Of a stretch of DNA of 64,000 bases, positions 61,072-64,000 are shown one piece after another. Position numbers and translations under genes: made by a program. The stretch is from Saccostrea cucullata (taxonomy: Eukaryota). Each line of letters opens with the position of its first letter. Positions within the stretch are counted from its first letter, which is position 1. The notes under the pieces are model-generated. The model did no database searches. It was not told the origin of the DNA and saw only the letters and a program-made list of their open reading frames with translations. The DNA is taken from NCBI RefSeq assembly GCF_032062105.1, contig NW_026924048.1, forward strand, positions 1 to 64,000. Reading direction: 5' to 3'.

Positions 61072-61285
61072 TATATACGAAATATTTCAAAGACACTTAT
61101 TAAAGATTCAGAGTTCTTACAATGTGTAAATCTATAATGATATCTGTAAATGATAACACTGACAAAAATGCTTGGGAAAGAAAAGTATAAAGTTTAAAAG
61201 AAAAATATATGACAATATTGATAATAAATAATAAACATGATCACAAGTAAAATTCTCACGTTATAGATAATCAAACTTATACATA

Positions 61286-62305
61286 CAGGGTGTCCCAAAA
61301 CATATTTTACACTTTTAATCATCTATAACTTGATCAAACCAAAAGCGTTCAGAAAGATATTTTGTCCACATCTAGTATATCGGCATATATTTTATCTGAC
61401 AAACTTTTATGAAAATCTTTTGAAAAGTCAGGTAATTATGATGTGCTAATGACGTCATCATATTTTTAATATGGAACCTTCATGTGAACTGCTGGTAGAA
61501 ATTGGAAAACTTTACTATGAGTATAAATCTGCTTCTTTTATCATTGGAAACATTAGAAAACAACACCCTGCAATAAAAGTGCTCAACAGAATACTAATTT
61601 ACAGTCCTGTGGGGGAGTTTGAAGTTAAATGCACCTTAAATGACACTTGACTTAATTCTGGTAGAAGACTAAGAAGTGTCAGTACCAAAGAGTTATTACC
61701 GAAACTTTACAAAATCCCTTAGACGGTTACTGCATGGACAAAATAGCACCTTTGGTAAATCTAGTGTTCATAAAATACTCAAATTTGATTTAAAATTGAT
61801 TTTTTAAAATAAAACAAAAGCAATGCAGCATTTTTAAGAGATGCATAAATTGGAAGTCGTTTAGAGTTTGCCCATTGGATTTTAATTAGCCCAGACTCTG
61901 AAAATTTAACAGATGCATGGTTTTCCGATGAAACCTATTTCCATTGTAACAATGTTGTTATCATGAGAAGAATCTTAATTAAATTCTTCTGTTTAGTAAA
62001 ACCCAATTTTAACATTGAAAAACCTCTGAACTGTTAGAATGTTAACACTTGTTAATGCTTGGTAAAAAAGAACTTCAGATTTCGTGTTCAAACAAGGACG
62101 TCATTTTGAACATGTTGTAAAATGACATATGTTATTCAAAAGCAAAAAAAAAAATGTTGATTATTAACAAGGAAACTGTGACAAATGTATGCTTAACAAA
62201 AATTTTATTACAATTTATTCTATATTTTAAATTTCATTGACGTAACTTGAGGCATATAATTTTTATAACGGTTTAAAAATGTAACATATGTTTTGGGACA
62301 CCCTG
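61286..62305 (+). mobile_element. Decayed Tc1/mariner element
   Basis: TIRs CAGGGTGTCCCAAAACATAT / ATATGTTTTGGGACACCCTG; TA TSD; catalytic remnant WFSDETYFH near 61918. Confidence 0.85.
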
Positions 62306-62339
62306 TATATAATTAAATGATAGAGATACAGAAAAAAAA

Positions 62340-62830
62340 GGAGATCAAAATATACCTGAATCACAAATGAACTTTTGGACACAGTGAAATATTTTAGTAT
62401 TCACATCAACAGACAAGGATTCATTTCCGAATAATAAAAGATGGGAGTTGACCATTGTCAAGTGATTGTTTTTAAAATATTGTTTAAGAGGCAATCTCTT
62501 GGCCGCTCATATCTTTTACTTGCAAAAATGAAATCGTATACATCTTAAATTTCTCCGCATGAACAATTAGGAGAATCACATATTTCTTCGTATACTACTA
62601 AGCCTTCATTTTGTGTGAAATATATTTAAATAGTGTTTCTCATATGAAAAATATGAAGGCGGCTTTGAGGGGTGTGAGCATATTCTTGTTTTAATTTACT
62701 AATAGAGGTTGTGACTCTTACGTCTTTAGAAAGGGAATTCCAGGAATTAATTGCGGTGGAAACAAAAGATTTTTTAAACGTTTCAAGTCTACATTTAGAA
62801 ATAGAATAGTCTTCTTGAATACTGTTTGAT
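62340..62830 (-). mobile_element. LINE (CR1/L2-like) ORF2 3' remnant
   Basis: CRLETFKKSFVSTAINSWNSL..SISKLK, then the degenerate Cys motif DSPNCSCGEI*DVYDFIF. Confidence 0.65.
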
Positions 62831-62907
62831 ATCTCCATATGTTTTATCCAGGAGAAGGACATTTCTCTTCAAAAATAATTAGTGCTAAGATTAATATTTT
62901 CATTTAA

Positions 62908-63390
62908 AGGGGCATAGTCACAGTTTCAGTTAAATTTTCAAATTTTATTTTTCCACTTTTACAAATATTTAACTAGGGTCTTTCTAATGATAATCAATAA
63001 TTTGAACATCAGTTGTCGAGATACAAGACAGATTTATAGCAACAAACCTTTGTTATGTAAACAAGGTCCGTATAATGTTTTTGTTTACATAAGTTAAGAT
63101 ACTAATATATGTTCGTTGCAAGTAGATAATTTCAATAAAAAAAGTTAATTTTAAATGCGATTCAACAGTTTCTATTGATTTGCTGAATTTCATTTTGTTA
63201 TAAATATGATATTTTCTATATGTAAACAAAAACAAGGCACGAGCCTTGTGTACATTATGAAGATATCTCGTTTGTAAATCAACAAATAATTTTCAAATTT
63301 TTGCTGATCATTAGATGAGGGCTTAGGTAGGAATACTAAACATTAAAATTGGTTTTAAAAAAAATCAGTGGAAACTGTGTCCATGTCCCT
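62908..63390. mobile_element. Kolobok-like MITE, same family as 6287-6779
   Basis: AGGGGCATAGTCACAGTTTCAG / GAAACTGTGTCCATGTCCCT; TTAA both sides; colinear internal similarity. Confidence 0.85.
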
Positions 63391-63811
63391 TTAAAAGTGA
63401 ATCATACCTATAGGTAAGCTCAAGAGGTCAACACATTGGTTCCCAATGAAAGGTCTTGTCACAAGGAATACCCATGTGAAATGAAATATGAAAACCAATC
63501 ATTAACCAATTAAAGTTATAGTCCAGGATGAAGTTTGCAAACAGACACATAGCTAGACAAAGAGAGGGTTGGACAGGCAAATAAAGAATTCAATCCACAA
63601 AATGCCTTATTTGGCCTAGCAAATATGTAAATTTTGAAAAAGGCATTAGAAAATATGTTTTGGGTTATTATCAACCTAGAACATTGACACATTTCACATG
63701 TGCAACAATTTCGTCAAAACCGGATGTTACGATGTCAAACTAAATTCTAAAACGCAGCATGTTTCGAGGTTTTCCGGAAAATTGCTCAAATTTTACACAA
63801 TAAATCGTGAA

Positions 63812-63927
63812 TTTCACATAGAGCACAGTCGTTACCGCAAAATATTGAAACAGAAAAATAATTATAACTGTTCGACAAATAATTTCCAATGAAAATATTT
63901 TGCGGTAACGAGTGTGCTCATGGTGAA
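63812..63927. repeat. Long palindrome, probably part of a hairpin-type non-autonomous element
   Basis: TTTCACATAGAGCACAGTCGTTACCGCAAAATATT / AATATTTTGCGGTAACGAGTGTGCTCATGGTGAAA. Confidence 0.7.
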
Positions 63928-64000
63928 AAAAAATAAAATAAAATGTCAACGCGTGTAAAAATGTTATGATCATGAACCACCATATTTGTCTTTGTCTTTT

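Overview
AT-rich eukaryotic (animal) genomic DNA, most likely a bivalve mollusc such as an oyster (inferred from the V-domain tRNA SINE, Helentron-type satellite fragments, Penelope-like remnants and an F-type lectin gene). The window is dominated by nested transposable elements. Main contents: (1) 1-8196, the right part of a probable CACTA/EnSpm DNA transposon carrying an intact 11-exon gene (about 475 aa) with a C14orf93-like C-terminal domain; (2) 15395-21483, a decayed Ngaro-type tyrosine-recombinase retrotransposon (split direct repeats A1-ORFs-B1-A2-B2; gag, RT/RNase H, recombinase, SGNH hydrolase), interrupted by a SINE, whose B repeats can fold into an array of co-varying hairpins; (3) 23164-24932, a two-exon secreted F-type lectin (fucolectin) gene with a perfect fucose-binding motif but one in-frame TAG; (4) 29496-46874, a 17.4-kb three-LTR tandem Ty3/Gypsy retrotransposon (LTR-int-LTR-int-LTR, one AATT target-site duplication, both units with open gag and pol) whose units differ mostly at synonymous sites plus one 42-bp hyperdivergent gag patch, suggesting they came from two separately replicating lineages; (5) a roughly 2-kb local duplication that preserves the empty pre-insertion site; (6) many MITEs and Tc1/mariner, Kolobok-like, Helentron, Penelope and LINE remnants. 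All alignments and counts were done by eye and need computational confirmation.
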